IMG/VR virus record: IMGVR_UViG_3300020045_007912
Span: 1 to 47,522 of that record
DNA from: a virus
Lineage: Duplodnaviria > Caudoviricetes
Direction: 5' to 3' (one strand)
Length of the DNA: 47,522 nucleotides
Shown: piece after piece, positions 18,949 to 29,795 of the stretch
Layout of the letters: the number at the start of each line of letters is the position of its first letter
Numbering within the stretch: position 1 is the first letter of the stretch
The notes under the pieces: generated by a model
Told to the model about the DNA's origin: nothing
Seen by the model: the letters and a program-made list of their open reading frames with translations, nothing else
Database searches by the model: none
Position numbers and translations under genes: made by a program

Positions 18949-19191
18949 ACCCGTAAACAACCTGTAACCGCCATTTTAGCTATAAAATTTACAGGGTTTA
19001 CAGGTTTACAGGTTATATTATATTAACTATTAGAAACGCATTGCACAGGGCGTATACGGTAGTACTGAAACCGCTCTATATGAATTTTGCTGTAAACCCT
19101 GTAAACCTGTAAATTGGCACTGATAATCAACAAGTTAACGGTTACAGGTTAAGAGAACAACCTGTAACTTTTGGATAAAACAACCCGTAAC
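18943..19191. repeat. Iteron-like direct and inverted repeats; putative replication origin
   Basis: About ten CCTGTAA/CCGTAA and TTACAGG units directly after the helicase gene. Confidence 0.75.
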
Positions 19192-19341
19192 TATGGAAAA
19201 TACGATAGATAAACCGAACGAATGCACAGGCAACTGCCACATCCACGGCCTAGAGATAGCGCAATGTTCCACTTGCGGCTGGGTAGAGGACTATGTGCCG
19301 GTTAGTGGGGAATATTTGGAGAATAATTAAAACGATAGAAT

Positions 19342-21159
19342 ATGAAAATAAAATCAGTAGAAAAATTAGCCGAAGAATTGGCTAACGAAATATCGGAAAG
19401 AAAGATTTTCGATATAGATGACGTAAAGCAATTGATATCAATAAGATTTAGATCTGGTCTTTTTGATTTTTTAAGCGAGTTATCGAGTGTTGAGGAAAAA
19501 GAGTATCTAATTGCTTTGGATCAGCAGTCAAGAAATAAAATAGGGAGTACTCAATACATAGCATTGGGGTATAAGTTATCTGCTTTAAAAGCAAAAAAGG
19601 CATCAGTTAACAGAGCAATAAACAATGTTAAGCGTGATGATAAACTTGAAAGGCTTAAGAAATTTGTAAATGACAAATTTGGCGAGTTGGCAGTAACAGA
19701 GTTTGAAACTAAGGAAATGGAGTTGGTATGAACTACGTAAAAAAAATAAGAAAGTACGAAATGTTAAAACGACTTTCTTTTTCTAAGAATTTACAATGTG
19801 CAATAAAGGCAAACGGACTTCTTGAAAAAACATTAAGTGAAACTGAAATAAAAGGTGGTTTCTTAACCGCTGTTTGTAAAGACAATTTCGATGAAGCTAT
19901 GATGAGAGCTGATGACCATAACAAAACAGCTTTGCAAGCTAAGGACAGATGCATAGGGGAGTTTGCATATAGGGGTAATAACAAAAAAGGATACCAAAAA
20001 GGAGATACTTATTGGATAAGCGTATCTACAAAGGACGGTGAAATAAAAATAACACCATCTGTTTTGTCAGATGCAGAACATTTGTCTTATATGAACTTTT
20101 GGGATTTTCTATGGGACTTTAAACCAATAAATAACATTTAACACCCATGAAACTACAAGCAAGTGATCTTCGGATCGGGAATTATTTAATAGGTGCAAAC
20201 GGAGAGGTGCATCAAATTGACAGGTATGGTTTGGCTGACCTGTGTTTAGAAGATGGGCTTATTGATAACCAAAAGCCCATCCCCCTCACCGAAGAATGGC
20301 TGGTGAAGATGGGGTTTGAGAAATTAGGATATAATGAGTATAGCATCGAACTACCGATCAATATTTATTATGTAACAATGTCTGAAAACAATTTATGGAC
20401 GGCTTACATACAGGGATACGGTCAGGCTACTCATAATTACGGGGTGTCACTATTGCCAATAAGCGATACTTTTATATACGTCCACCAGCTCCAAAATCTT
20501 TACCACGCCCTCACAGGTCAGGAATTAACATTTAACAAGTAAGAGAGATATGAAAAAGAAAAGAACAAAAGCAAAAGTTAGAACTATCCATGAGGCTAAC
20601 ATTATTTTTGATGACGTTAAAGATTTAACGCAACTATTAAAGGACGAGAATTATCTAGCGTATTTACCAACTAGATTAGGAGACAATAAACTGTCATCGG
20701 CCTTTATTAAGAAAGGCAACAGATTGGTGCATACAGGGATATTTATCCAACCTAAATGAAAACATCCCGAAACGCGAAACACATATCCCCCTCCCAAACC
20801 CACGGATACATAGGAGAGACCAAGCGCAAAGCAAAGCCGCCACCGAAGTATGAGCCAGGGTCGATAATCACTGACTACGTTTACAAGAGGGATATGTGCT
20901 TGCTGAACGATATGTTTGTGTGCGATGAGACTAAGGAGTTGATACAGGAACGAATTGATAAAGGATATTATAACAAATGAGAATTATTATAAACAACAAA
21001 TCATCATTGGACAAAAAGCAACTGGCTAAAATAGCCGAGATTATGCTAAATAATGATGACCCACAATTTATTAGTGAAATAAGATCAGGTGCTAAATACG
21101 TTCGTGTTGTTAAACATCAGCGTAAGGTAGCTTTAGCCTTTAATGTTTACGATATATGA
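19342..21159 (+). other. Cluster of hypothetical ORFs (nin-like region)
   Basis: 19342-19731, 19728-20141, 20147-20542 (LRIGN..PIPLTEEWL..VHQLQNLY phage family), 20550-20759, 20756-20980, 20977-21159. Confidence 0.8.
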
Positions 21160-21695
21160 GTTACGGAATAAGAACTAAGCCACACATATCTGGCCCTAAG
21201 AAAACACCGCCACCAAGTGGTATGCAAAGAAAACACGACGAAGCAAACCTACACCTATCCTTCTGCAATTGGATAGATAAGAACTACCCAAAAGACCCAT
21301 ACGTCCGACATGAGAAGGAAAAGAAACGAGGGTACTATACAGGCTCTCTAATGAAAGTTTATAACAATATTGACGGATTACCCGACTTTGAACTTATCCT
21401 TAGCTGTGGGGGCTTAAATGGGCTTTACATCGAATTTAAAAGACCAGATAAGCCTTACAAAGTAAAAGGCAACCAAGTAGCGGCTGGATTTGAGCATCAA
21501 TATAAGTTTCACCTTCATGCTTGGGCTAATAATCGGGCGGCTTATTTCGCTAATAGTCTTGATGAGGCTTGCCTGTACTACACCATGTATCGGGAGGGTA
21601 AAGCGTTGCCAAAGCAGGACATGGTTATGCGACCCGATAAGGTGTCAATAGCCGACCTAAAAGCAGATGATTTTTTTTCTAAGCGGGGGTTGTGA
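21156..21695 (+). CDS. VRR-NUC-like PD-(D/E)xK nuclease
   Basis: E..LH, GLPD, GLYIEFK. Confidence 0.7.
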   Translation: MSYGIRTKPHISGPKKTPPPSGMQRKHDEANLHLSFCNWIDKNYPKDPYVRHEKEKKRGYYTGSLMKVYNNIDGLPDFELILSCGGLNGLYIEFKRPDKPYKVKGNQVAAGFEHQYKFHLHAWANNRAAYFANSLDEACLYYTMYREGKALPKQDMVMRPDKVSIADLKADDFFSKRGL

Positions 21696-21704
21696 AAAAA
21701 GTGG

Positions 21705-21712
21705 TATATTTG
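21705..21712 (+). promoter_or_regulatory. -7 promoter box upstream of packaging genes
   Basis: TATATTTG. Confidence 0.55.
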
Positions 21713-21736
21713 GTGTAAACTTAGTGCGAGAATACT

Positions 21737-22084
21737 GTGAACGATAGTAACTTAGTACCATTTCAGCAAGGTGACGACCCTAGGAGGCAGGTCGGGAGGC
21801 CATTAGGGGCAAAAAACCGTAGCACAATAGCACGCAAGGTATTGGAAATGAGGGCTGTAATAGCATCTGATAGACTTGAAAAACTAAAAGAGGCTTACCC
21901 TGATATGACCAACGATGTAACGGTTGAAGATGTTGCTACTATAATGATAGCGGCTGGCGCAATGGATGGTGACGTGAATAGCTACAAAGCTATCATGGAT
22001 AGTGCTTATGGTGCGCCTAAGCAGGAGATAGAGCAAAACGTTACGAATATACCTGTATTAAACAATGACCCATTATCGGAATAA
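21737..22084 (+). CDS. terS: Terminase small subunit
   Basis: NLVPFQQG...GRPLG..N; IMDSAYGAPKQ; directly upstream of terL. Confidence 0.8.
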   Translation: MNDSNLVPFQQGDDPRRQVGRPLGAKNRSTIARKVLEMRAVIASDRLEKLKEAYPDMTNDVTVEDVATIMIAAGAMDGDVNSYKAIMDSAYGAPKQEIEQNVTNIPVLNNDPLSE

Positions 22085-23373
22085 TGTTGCAACCAACAAC
22101 TGCACTACGAAAGATAAGCGCGTTGCGTAAACGCATATGGGCTATACAGGGAGGGCAGGGGGCGGGTAAAACCTATGCCATCTTACAAATCCTTATCAAC
22201 CACGCATCCGGTAACCCTAACAAAGAGATTTACATCGCATCCGACGAGTTGTCCAAAATGCGGATAACAGTTATCAAAGACTTTTGTAAAATAATGGTTG
22301 CGTTCGGATTATTCCAACGTGCCAACTGGACTGACGGCGTACTGTACCGTTTCCCTAATGGTAGCTTTATCCGTTTCTTAGGGCTTGATAAAGTTGATAT
22401 CGGTAAAGGGCTGCGCTCTGACGTTATGTTCATTAACGAGGCCAACAAATCTAAATTCGATACTTACCGAGAGTTAACGTCAAGAGCAAAGCGTGTTATC
22501 TTTGACTTTAACCCAAACAAACGTTTCTGGGCGCATAATGAAGTTATCCCTCGTGATGATTGCGACTTCATAAAACTAACCTTTAAAGACAACGAATTTC
22601 TGTCAGCCGAAGAACGAGGCGAGATATTACGCTACAAAGAAAAAGGCTACAAGAAAGACCCCGATACTGGTGATTGGGCTGTAAACGAGAAAGGTGAGCT
22701 TGTCGTCATCAACCAATATTGGGCTAACATGTGGCGCGTCTATGGGGATGGTGAAGTTGGTCAGGTAGAGGGTCGTATCTACACATGGGAAAAGCGACCA
22801 TATCAGGAATACCTTGCGCTTAATAAAGAAGAGTATATCGGCAATGATTGGGGCAAAGTAGATCCGTGGGCGATAACCGGGCTTAAATATCATGATGGTA
22901 CACTCTGGGCAGATGAGAAACATTATGAAAGCGAGAATGAGATCAGGCGTAATTTACCACCTGAAAGGTTAAAAGCTATACAGGGAACAGGTGACGGAGA
23001 GGGTAATAACCACGACGGTCTTGTTGCATGGAAGTTTGCGCAGTTAGGGATACGTACCGACCAAAAGATAATTTGCGATAGCAACCGGCCAAACAAGATA
23101 CGATCTTTGCGTAACGCTGGATGGGAGTATGCGGTTAGTGTTGGCGGTAAAGATAAGTTAGATGACCGTATCGAAATACTCAATGGCCTCAACATCGTAT
23201 TTACAGACCGAAGTAAGAACATTGAGTTTGAGCAGGAAAACTACGCATACGATAAGGATAGCAAAACGGGTCAGCTACTTGATAAACCGATTGACCAAGA
23301 CAATCACACGCTAGATAGTATTGCGTATGGTGCTGCCTGGATGTTTGCGGATGGCACAATAAAAACTTTGTAA
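22084..23373 (+). CDS. terL: Terminase large subunit (PBSX-like)
   Basis: QGGQGAGKT, FINEA, DFNP, GNDWG.VDP, DNHTLDS. Confidence 0.95.
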   Translation: MLQPTTALRKISALRKRIWAIQGGQGAGKTYAILQILINHASGNPNKEIYIASDELSKMRITVIKDFCKIMVAFGLFQRANWTDGVLYRFPNGSFIRFLGLDKVDIGKGLRSDVMFINEANKSKFDTYRELTSRAKRVIFDFNPNKRFWAHNEVIPRDDCDFIKLTFKDNEFLSAEERGEILRYKEKGYKKDPDTGDWAVNEKGELVVINQYWANMWRVYGDGEVGQVEGRIYTWEKRPYQEYLALNKEEYIGNDWGKVDPWAITGLKYHDGTLWADEKHYESENEIRRNLPPERLKAIQGTGDGEGNNHDGLVAWKFAQLGIRTDQKIICDSNRPNKIRSLRNAGWEYAVSVGGKDKLDDRIEILNGLNIVFTDRSKNIEFEQENYAYDKDSKTGQLLDKPIDQDNHTLDSIAYGAAWMFADGTIKTL

Positions 23374-23413
23374 TTGAAAACTTTATTTATATTTACACGC
23401 AAATAACAAAATC

Positions 23414-24688
23414 TTGGATTGGAGAAACGGAATATTCGGTAATTGGTTTGGCAATCAAAAGCAACACTTCGACGGTTTTTACAAGATCTGGAGTACTGCG
23501 CCAATATTTAATGAATACTCAAAGGATATTGAGAAAATGCAGATCGTATTTTCTAATCCTGCCATGCTCAAGGTTTTTTCGTTATGTTGCGACCTATTCT
23601 CGATAGGTGAGGTTTATGCCTACAAAAACGGCAAGTCAGTAGATAAAGACCCGTTTCTTGACTTGATCAACAATCCAAACCGCCGCCAGCAAAAAACACA
23701 GTTCCTTTGGGATTATTGTTTTTGGAATATGTTGGGTAACGCCTATCTGTACATCGATAGCGCGGACGTTGCAAACCCTCGAAACAAGATGTATTTCTTA
23801 GAGCCACATAAATTAGAGTGGCCTTTAGAAATGGACATGAAAAAGGATAAGCTATTCCTATCTGACGCGTCCGAAAACGAACTGCAATCAACAACGCTTA
23901 CTTATCGTTTCGACGATGGTAGTACATTTAAATTCCCTTTCAAAAAGCTAATACATATTTCAGACCTTAGCAACGGAACAGGCAACTGGTTTAAAGGGCA
24001 AAGCCGTATTGATGCGCTTTATAAAGTTATCAGCAATAGCGAGGCCGCTTTAGACAGTAAGAATATCAATGTTAGATATGCGGGTAAGTACATGGTTGCT
24101 GGTCAGGCAGACCCTAAGGATCACACTAAAATGCCATTGGGTGAAGATGAAAAGCTATCTATTGAGGAAAAAGTAAACGGCCCCAAAAACGTACACGCGA
24201 CCAAATCGATGATCGATATTAAGCGGTTCGTTGAAAATATTGCTAACCTAAAACTTGATGATAGCTATCTTAATGACTACTTCATCATTGGCTCTATGTA
24301 CGGCATTCCAAAGGACGTATTGGAGGCGTTCAATTCGGGGACTTATGAGAACCAGGAAAAGGCAAGGGGCGCGGTAGTATCCTATTGCTTGCAGCCCCGC
24401 GCTAACGTATGGATGAACGCTTTTGAGCGGAAGTTTAATTCAGGTATTTCATACGTAATGGACTGGGAGCATCTGCCATTTATGCAGGTGTTTGCAAAGG
24501 AACGTGCTGAAACAACAAAGATCAAAGCTGATACGCTTTTAATTTTATTAAAGGCTGGTATTAAATTAGATGAAATTAACGTTATCTTAGACACGAATTT
24601 TAGCGAAGTAGATTATGAGCCAGCAAAAAGAACAGGCAGCGGACAGACTGGAGCAGGTCAAGGCGAAGGTCAACAGCAAATTAATTAA
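23414..24688 (+). CDS. Portal protein
   Basis: Position; NPN..Q, LGNAY, YGIPKDVL, TYENQEKA motifs. Confidence 0.9.
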   Translation: MDWRNGIFGNWFGNQKQHFDGFYKIWSTAPIFNEYSKDIEKMQIVFSNPAMLKVFSLCCDLFSIGEVYAYKNGKSVDKDPFLDLINNPNRRQQKTQFLWDYCFWNMLGNAYLYIDSADVANPRNKMYFLEPHKLEWPLEMDMKKDKLFLSDASENELQSTTLTYRFDDGSTFKFPFKKLIHISDLSNGTGNWFKGQSRIDALYKVISNSEAALDSKNINVRYAGKYMVAGQADPKDHTKMPLGEDEKLSIEEKVNGPKNVHATKSMIDIKRFVENIANLKLDDSYLNDYFIIGSMYGIPKDVLEAFNSGTYENQEKARGAVVSYCLQPRANVWMNAFERKFNSGISYVMDWEHLPFMQVFAKERAETTKIKADTLLILLKAGIKLDEINVILDTNFSEVDYEPAKRTGSGQTGAGQGEGQQQIN

Positions 24689-24740
24689 GCAGGTTATCGA
24701 GGATAAGCAAAAATACATCAATAAACCGGTACAGAAATGA
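24615..24740 (+). CDS. 41-aa ORF overlapping the portal end (not in track)
   Basis: MSQQKEQAADRLEQVKAKVNSKLIKQVIEDKQKYINKPVQK; its TGA overlaps the protease ATG. Confidence 0.5.
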   Translation: MSQQKEQAADRLEQVKAKVNSKLIKQVIEDKQKYINKPVQK

Positions 24741-25561
24741 CTTACTCTATTAAACAATTCCCAGATAAAAAGTTTACCGATAAGCAGGATCAAGCCCGTT
24801 TTATCAAGGAAAATTTAAAGTCTTTGCGGGAATTAAAAAAGGTAGAGTATAAAAACTTTGCGGATGTAGTGCTAAAAGAGGGTTTTGAACGCTCTAATTA
24901 TGTGCCTCAAATAGAAGATATCACAGGCGATTACATGCTTGTTAAAGCAATTATTAACACAACTGGTGTTATTGATAGCCACCTTGACCTGCACCTACCT
25001 GGTATATGGACAAAGACTGTTAAGGATAACCCGACCAACCCTATTTTAAAGCAACACGAGCGTACTTTTGAGAGTGTCATATCAAGTAAAGGAAAGAACT
25101 TTAACCAAAACATGAATTACCGAGATATCGGTGTTGATATTGACTTTGATATGCAAGCGAACTTAAACGAGTTTGTTCTAAGTAAAGCAAACCAGCCTTT
25201 GATGTTTGAGAAATATGCAAGCGGCGAGGTTGAGCAGCACTCGGTAGGGATGATGTATGTTGATTACGACATCGCCTATTATGATGAGGAAAGTCAAAAA
25301 GAAATGGATTTCTTTGAAGATACTTTAAAAAAGTGCATCAATCCTGAAATAGCAAAAGAATACGGCATAGTTTGGGTAATAAGAGAAGCTAAAAAGCGAG
25401 AAGGTAGCCCCGTTGTTTTTGCAAGCAATCCATTAACACCAACATTGTCAGTAAAGAATTACGAGCCGGGACTTGTGACCACTCGAAATATAGAGCCGCA
25501 AAAAAGCACTCGAGAACTGGATGAGTTAAACAAATTATTAAAAAAACTAACAACAAAATGA
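24737..25561 (+). CDS. Prohead protease (HK97-type)
   Basis: IDSHLD, LKQH, HSVGM, EGSPVVFASN. Confidence 0.85.
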   Translation: MTYSIKQFPDKKFTDKQDQARFIKENLKSLRELKKVEYKNFADVVLKEGFERSNYVPQIEDITGDYMLVKAIINTTGVIDSHLDLHLPGIWTKTVKDNPTNPILKQHERTFESVISSKGKNFNQNMNYRDIGVDIDFDMQANLNEFVLSKANQPLMFEKYASGEVEQHSVGMMYVDYDIAYYDEESQKEMDFFEDTLKKCINPEIAKEYGIVWVIREAKKREGSPVVFASNPLTPTLSVKNYEPGLVTTRNIEPQKSTRELDELNKLLKKLTTK

Positions 25562-26979
25562 GAAAACCAATGTACACAGGAGGTATATTTATGCCTATCA
25601 TGTTCAATCATGGTGCTGGTGGCGAAGGTGGTGCGGCTGAAAGCCCGGAATTAAAAGCCATCAAGTCAATAGGCGAACAGGTTGATGCGTTCAACAAGCA
25701 GTTGGGCGAAAAGGCAAATACGGAAGAAATTAACGCAATAAAAGCGGACCTTAAAGCTTTGCAGGAGGGTCTTGATACCCTATCTTCAAAGCAAATGACA
25801 GACTTATTAGATAAGATCAATAAGTCAAACGAAAGCTTACACAAGCAATTGGTTGAATTGCAAGAGGAAAGTGCTGAAAAGCGCGAACAATCGGCAGGTA
25901 AATCAAATGGCCGTACTGAATTAGTTGCAACTGCCGACATCGAGGCTTTTGTTAAGGCTACTTTTGAAGATGGTGACAAAACCAAAAAAGCAGCTAAAAT
26001 TCAAATAAAAGCGGCTGAGACTTTTGGTTTTAACCAAACATTCGTTGGTGGTGCTGGCGGTACAGATATTTCAGCATTCACAGGCCGTTTAGTTGACCCG
26101 TTGTTGAACCAACGTAAACGCAAACGTAACCTTATACTTGATAACTTCGACATTCGCACTATTAACGTGCCTAAGTTGGTTTATTTAGTAAAGGTAGAAG
26201 TTGGTGATACAAACCCAACAAGCGGCGACCCAGGAGGTGCAGCATGGATTTTGTCAGGTCAGGCAAAACCTAAACGCTCATTCCGCGTAACAACTGGCGA
26301 AGTTGATGCTAAGAAAGTTGCTATTTTCGGTACTATCGAAGACAAGCTTTTGCGCGACGTTCCATCATTCCAAAACTGGATCCGTGAGGATTTCATGGAT
26401 GAGATACGCGAGACTATCAACGACGGCTTGTTGAACAACGACCCGGACATTAACGCACTTGCACCACTTGGTATGAAAACCAACGCGGTACAATACACTG
26501 TTACTCCAGCGTTTACTTTAAACGTTGAGTTAGCTAACTACATCGATGCGGCCATTGCGGCCATTGCGTCAATGGCGAACAGCAAAGAGCAACCTGGTAA
26601 AATGTTTGTTTCGGATGATGTATTCTATCGCATCCACAACTTGAAAGCAACCGATGGGAAGTGGTTAAACAACAACCTGATCTACGTTAACGCAGCTGGT
26701 CAGTTGTTTATCGCTGGTGTTCAGTTAGTCCCTGCCGACATTGAGGACATTCCTTCAACTCACTTCCTGCTTGTAAGTGCAGATCTTGGTTTCAAGATAT
26801 ACGCTTACGGTAATATGGTGTTTGAGCGTGGGCTTAATGGGGAAGATTTCCGTGAGGATAAAACATCTTATCGTGGATACCAAGAGTTCTTATCTTATAT
26901 CGCTGAAAACCGTGAAAATTCAGTTATGTACGATACATTCGCTAACGTATTCGCCGCAATTACTTTACCCGTAGTTTAG
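25558..26979 (+). CDS. Major capsid protein with N-terminal coiled-coil scaffold domain
   Basis: Position after protease, 473 aa, helical N-terminus, HK97-like pattern. Confidence 0.9.
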   Translation: MRKPMYTGGIFMPIMFNHGAGGEGGAAESPELKAIKSIGEQVDAFNKQLGEKANTEEINAIKADLKALQEGLDTLSSKQMTDLLDKINKSNESLHKQLVELQEESAEKREQSAGKSNGRTELVATADIEAFVKATFEDGDKTKKAAKIQIKAAETFGFNQTFVGGAGGTDISAFTGRLVDPLLNQRKRKRNLILDNFDIRTINVPKLVYLVKVEVGDTNPTSGDPGGAAWILSGQAKPKRSFRVTTGEVDAKKVAIFGTIEDKLLRDVPSFQNWIREDFMDEIRETINDGLLNNDPDINALAPLGMKTNAVQYTVTPAFTLNVELANYIDAAIAAIASMANSKEQPGKMFVSDDVFYRIHNLKATDGKWLNNNLIYVNAAGQLFIAGVQLVPADIEDIPSTHFLLVSADLGFKIYAYGNMVFERGLNGEDFREDKTSYRGYQEFLSYIAENRENSVMYDTFANVFAAITLPVV

Positions 26980-26985
26980 TAGATC

Positions 26986-27216
26986 ATGAGCAAAAAATTA
27001 GATAACGTTAAAATTGTGACCTTCAAGGAAGATTACAATCCGTCTGGTAAAATGGTGATATACAAGAAAGGCGAAACACACGCCATTCACAAAGATGTAT
27101 TCGCCTTGTTTGGTGATAAAGTACAGGCTACAGCTAAAGATTTCGACGAAAAGAAAGAAAAAGCAGCCGCTAAAGACGCGTTTGAAAAAGCGAAAAAGGA
27201 GGAAAAATTATCATGA
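26986..27216 (+). CDS. Small head-associated protein
   Basis: Lys-rich ORF directly after the capsid gene. Confidence 0.6.
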   Translation: MSKKLDNVKIVTFKEDYNPSGKMVIYKKGETHAIHKDVFALFGDKVQATAKDFDEKKEKAAAKDAFEKAKKEEKLS

Positions 27217-27614
27217 AAAAACTATTAATAGCAGCCGTCCTGTTGCTATCGGGTTTAGTTACCCATGCCCAGGACTTCGCGGGTCAGATAGGAACGACCC
27301 GTACTTTAGCGAATACAACCGCCGACACGATTAGCTTTAGTATTGCTAAGAGCCGTACAGCCATCACCTTAAAGTATGATATTATCAAAAACAGCGGGAC
27401 TGTTGGAGGTACTATTGTTTTGCAGGGCAAGCTTACCGCAGCTGGTAGCACCGAGGCGTGGACAACTATTAACTCATATACATTGACCGATGCAACCGCT
27501 GTAAATAGCGTATTGTTAACGGCTAATCATTATGTGAATTACAGGGTTATCACCACGCCAACGGGTACGCAAAACAGTACGCACAAAAAGTATTTACTAT
27601 ACCGAGGATACTAA
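27213..27614 (+). CDS. Signal-peptide-bearing beta-rich protein in head cluster
   Basis: MKKLLIAAVLLLSGLVTHA-QD signal peptide. Confidence 0.75.
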   Translation: MKKLLIAAVLLLSGLVTHAQDFAGQIGTTRTLANTTADTISFSIAKSRTAITLKYDIIKNSGTVGGTIVLQGKLTAAGSTEAWTTINSYTLTDATAVNSVLLTANHYVNYRVITTPTGTQNSTHKKYLLYRGY

Positions 27615-27618
27615 ATAA

Positions 27619-28149
27619 ATGGCATCTATCATATCCCCTAGCAGTTTCGTACAAGAGTACAGCATCCCGAACAGATCAGAACCAATGACGGCTGAAGCTA
27701 TCCAATGGTATATTGACAAGTACGAGCCGTTGCTATTGACCGAGTTGTTAGGGGATAGTTTATACACCTTGTTAAAAGCAGGACTTGTAGCCGACCCAGT
27801 ATTAGCTAAGTGGACTAACCTAAGTGACAAGTGCAAAACCTCTATCATAGGGTTCGTTTATTGGCATTATAGGTTTAGCAACACTACACAAACAGGAAAC
27901 ATTGGTGAAACCGCGCCTAATGCTGAAAATGCCGATATAGTTACGCCATTAGAGAAGATGATACCGATATGGAATGAAATGGTAGGTAATAATGTCGAGG
28001 TGGTTAAGTTTATTAATGCCAATACGGCGGATTATGCGGCTTACTACAATCAATCATGGGTAGCATATTGCGGTACATTAATGGGTTTTGGCTCATTTTA
28101 CGGTTGCAAACCTTGGATATTTGAGGTAAAAAACATCTGGGGTTTATGA
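27619..28149 (+). CDS. Head-tail adaptor (putative)
   Basis: Synteny; helical protein. Confidence 0.6.
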   Translation: MASIISPSSFVQEYSIPNRSEPMTAEAIQWYIDKYEPLLLTELLGDSLYTLLKAGLVADPVLAKWTNLSDKCKTSIIGFVYWHYRFSNTTQTGNIGETAPNAENADIVTPLEKMIPIWNEMVGNNVEVVKFINANTADYAAYYNQSWVAYCGTLMGFGSFYGCKPWIFEVKNIWGL

Positions 28150-28703
28150 GGCCGCTAATTACCAATGTAGTAGACGTTATCGGAGAGGTAGTTGCGAAAG
28201 TAAATACCAAACTTGCGCCTATCTTATCAGAGAAGTTTCCGAACGGTATCAATTACCAATTTGGGACGGTTGAGGAGGTGGTAACGCTATTGGCGAACTG
28301 GAGTAACGGGACTTATGATGCTAAGAAATACCCGCTTTTTTGGTTGATATGTAACTTTAAAGAGCGCGAAGCGAGACAGGCGGGACTAGACAAATCCGTT
28401 ACTTTAACAATAGTTATCGCTACCGTAAACAGCGACCAAGCGATGAGTACGGCGGATAGGTACGCAACGAATTTCAACCCTATATTGCTACCAATTTATG
28501 ACGAGTTTATATGGCAACTTAGGTTAAGCAAAGTTATCCAGCAAGACGGTCTTAGACCAGAGCATGATAAGATAATTGAAGCTTATTGGGGGCGTGAAGG
28601 TGTATTAGGCCGTGATAACAAGAATATATTTATAGACAAGGTAGATGCTGTTTTAATAACCAATTTACAATTAACACTAAAAGAAATAACATGTCGAACT
28701 TAA
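28146..28703 (+). CDS. Tail terminator/completion protein (putative)
   Basis: KYPLFWL motif; directly before the major tail gene. Confidence 0.6.
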   Translation: MRPLITNVVDVIGEVVAKVNTKLAPILSEKFPNGINYQFGTVEEVVTLLANWSNGTYDAKKYPLFWLICNFKEREARQAGLDKSVTLTIVIATVNSDQAMSTADRYATNFNPILLPIYDEFIWQLRLSKVIQQDGLRPEHDKIIEAYWGREGVLGRDNKNIFIDKVDAVLITNLQLTLKEITCRT

Positions 28704-29605
28704 ATAAACCAAAATGCGCTACCGAGGACGGCAATGTCGGTTCTTGCGATTGCGCTTTAGCTATTGAGACCCTAAGCGGGTTTATATTAGCACCTACATC
28801 ATTCAGGTTATCAGCCGCTAATATGGCAAGCGATGCGACCGTAAAGACAGCCCTAATTGCCGCAACTAAAGCTGCAAGAACAGGCAGGATTTACCCGATT
28901 GCTGTTGTGGGAACACCAACGGATAACAGTCAAGATCCAACAAGTGAAACGCTACCAAACGGCCAGATTGTTATTGTTCGTGAAGGATTTTATGACGCTA
29001 CGATGCAAGCGACCGATAACAGCATCTACTTAGCAAACCAATTGCGCAAATTCAATAAGCGCAAGATGGGCGTATTTATGTACGACCAAAATGGTACGCT
29101 TTGGGGCTTGTCTATCGGCGGCGAATTAGCACCGGTGCCTTTAGAGTTAGTATTTACGGACTACAAACTGCCGTCTGCTACCAATATTGCTCAAACATTG
29201 ACCAGGCTGGTATGGGATAAAAACTTGTTCCTTAGCGGTTACGGATTCTATGAGTTGTCGCCATCTGACTACTTAGAGGTTACTGGTTTAAAGTCTATCG
29301 AATTAGGCTTTATAAGCCGTACCACTACAAACGTTTTAGCTACTGCACAGATCCTAGGTTGCGGTGATGCTTTAGGAGATGAGTATCCGGATGAGGTTTT
29401 AGAGTTGGATAACTGGGTATCTGTTAAAGTATCGGATGGTACAAGCAATGCAGTAACCGCTGTCGCTTATAACTCAACAACCAAGCAGTTGACGTTAACG
29501 CTAACAACCGGAGTTGCCTCTATCATTTCGCTTGCGCCAATTGCAACGTTAGAGGCTAACGGTATCGAGGGCTTTGAAGGTTCTAACTCAATCACCACAA
29601 CCTAA
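28691..29605 (+). CDS. Major tail tube protein (putative)
   Basis: Synteny, 304 aa, followed by a terminator. Confidence 0.75.
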   Translation: MSNLNKPKCATEDGNVGSCDCALAIETLSGFILAPTSFRLSAANMASDATVKTALIAATKAARTGRIYPIAVVGTPTDNSQDPTSETLPNGQIVIVREGFYDATMQATDNSIYLANQLRKFNKRKMGVFMYDQNGTLWGLSIGGELAPVPLELVFTDYKLPSATNIAQTLTRLVWDKNLFLSGYGFYELSPSDYLEVTGLKSIELGFISRTTTNVLATAQILGCGDALGDEYPDEVLELDNWVSVKVSDGTSNAVTAVAYNSTTKQLTLTLTTGVASIISLAPIATLEANGIEGFEGSNSITTT

Positions 29606-29748
29606 TGGTAACGGTAAAAATCAATAAGGATGTTCATGGGCATAAGAGTTTGTCTGAACTCCAAAAGGATCTGCCACATATACCAGAGGCTATCCTGAAA
29701 GAATGGTTAGAAAAACACGGCAAGAAAAAGCCAGCCGAAACTAAGTAA
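29605..29748 (+). CDS. 47-aa hypothetical ORF (not in track)
   Basis: TAATG-coupled; MVTVKINKDVHG...KPAETK. Confidence 0.6.
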   Translation: MVTVKINKDVHGHKSLSELQKDLPHIPEAILKEWLEKHGKKKPAETK

Positions 29749-29750
29749 AG

Positions 29751-29781
29751 AAAAGCCCTTGCGAAATGTGAGGGCTTTTTT
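29751..29781 (+). terminator. Intrinsic terminator
   Basis: AAAAGCCCTTGC-gaaat-GTGAGGGCTTTT. Confidence 0.85.
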
Positions 29782-29795
29782 GTTACCTTTACTTT

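Noticed and set aside
18943-19191. CRISPR array
   Set aside because: Repeats are 7-8 nt, in both orientations, without regular unique spacers.
25558-25640. Prp-protease-type leader on the capsid protein (IMFNHGAGGEGG)
   Set aside because: Only loose resemblance to Firmicutes motifs. The phage encodes its own prohead protease, and the start codon is uncertain.
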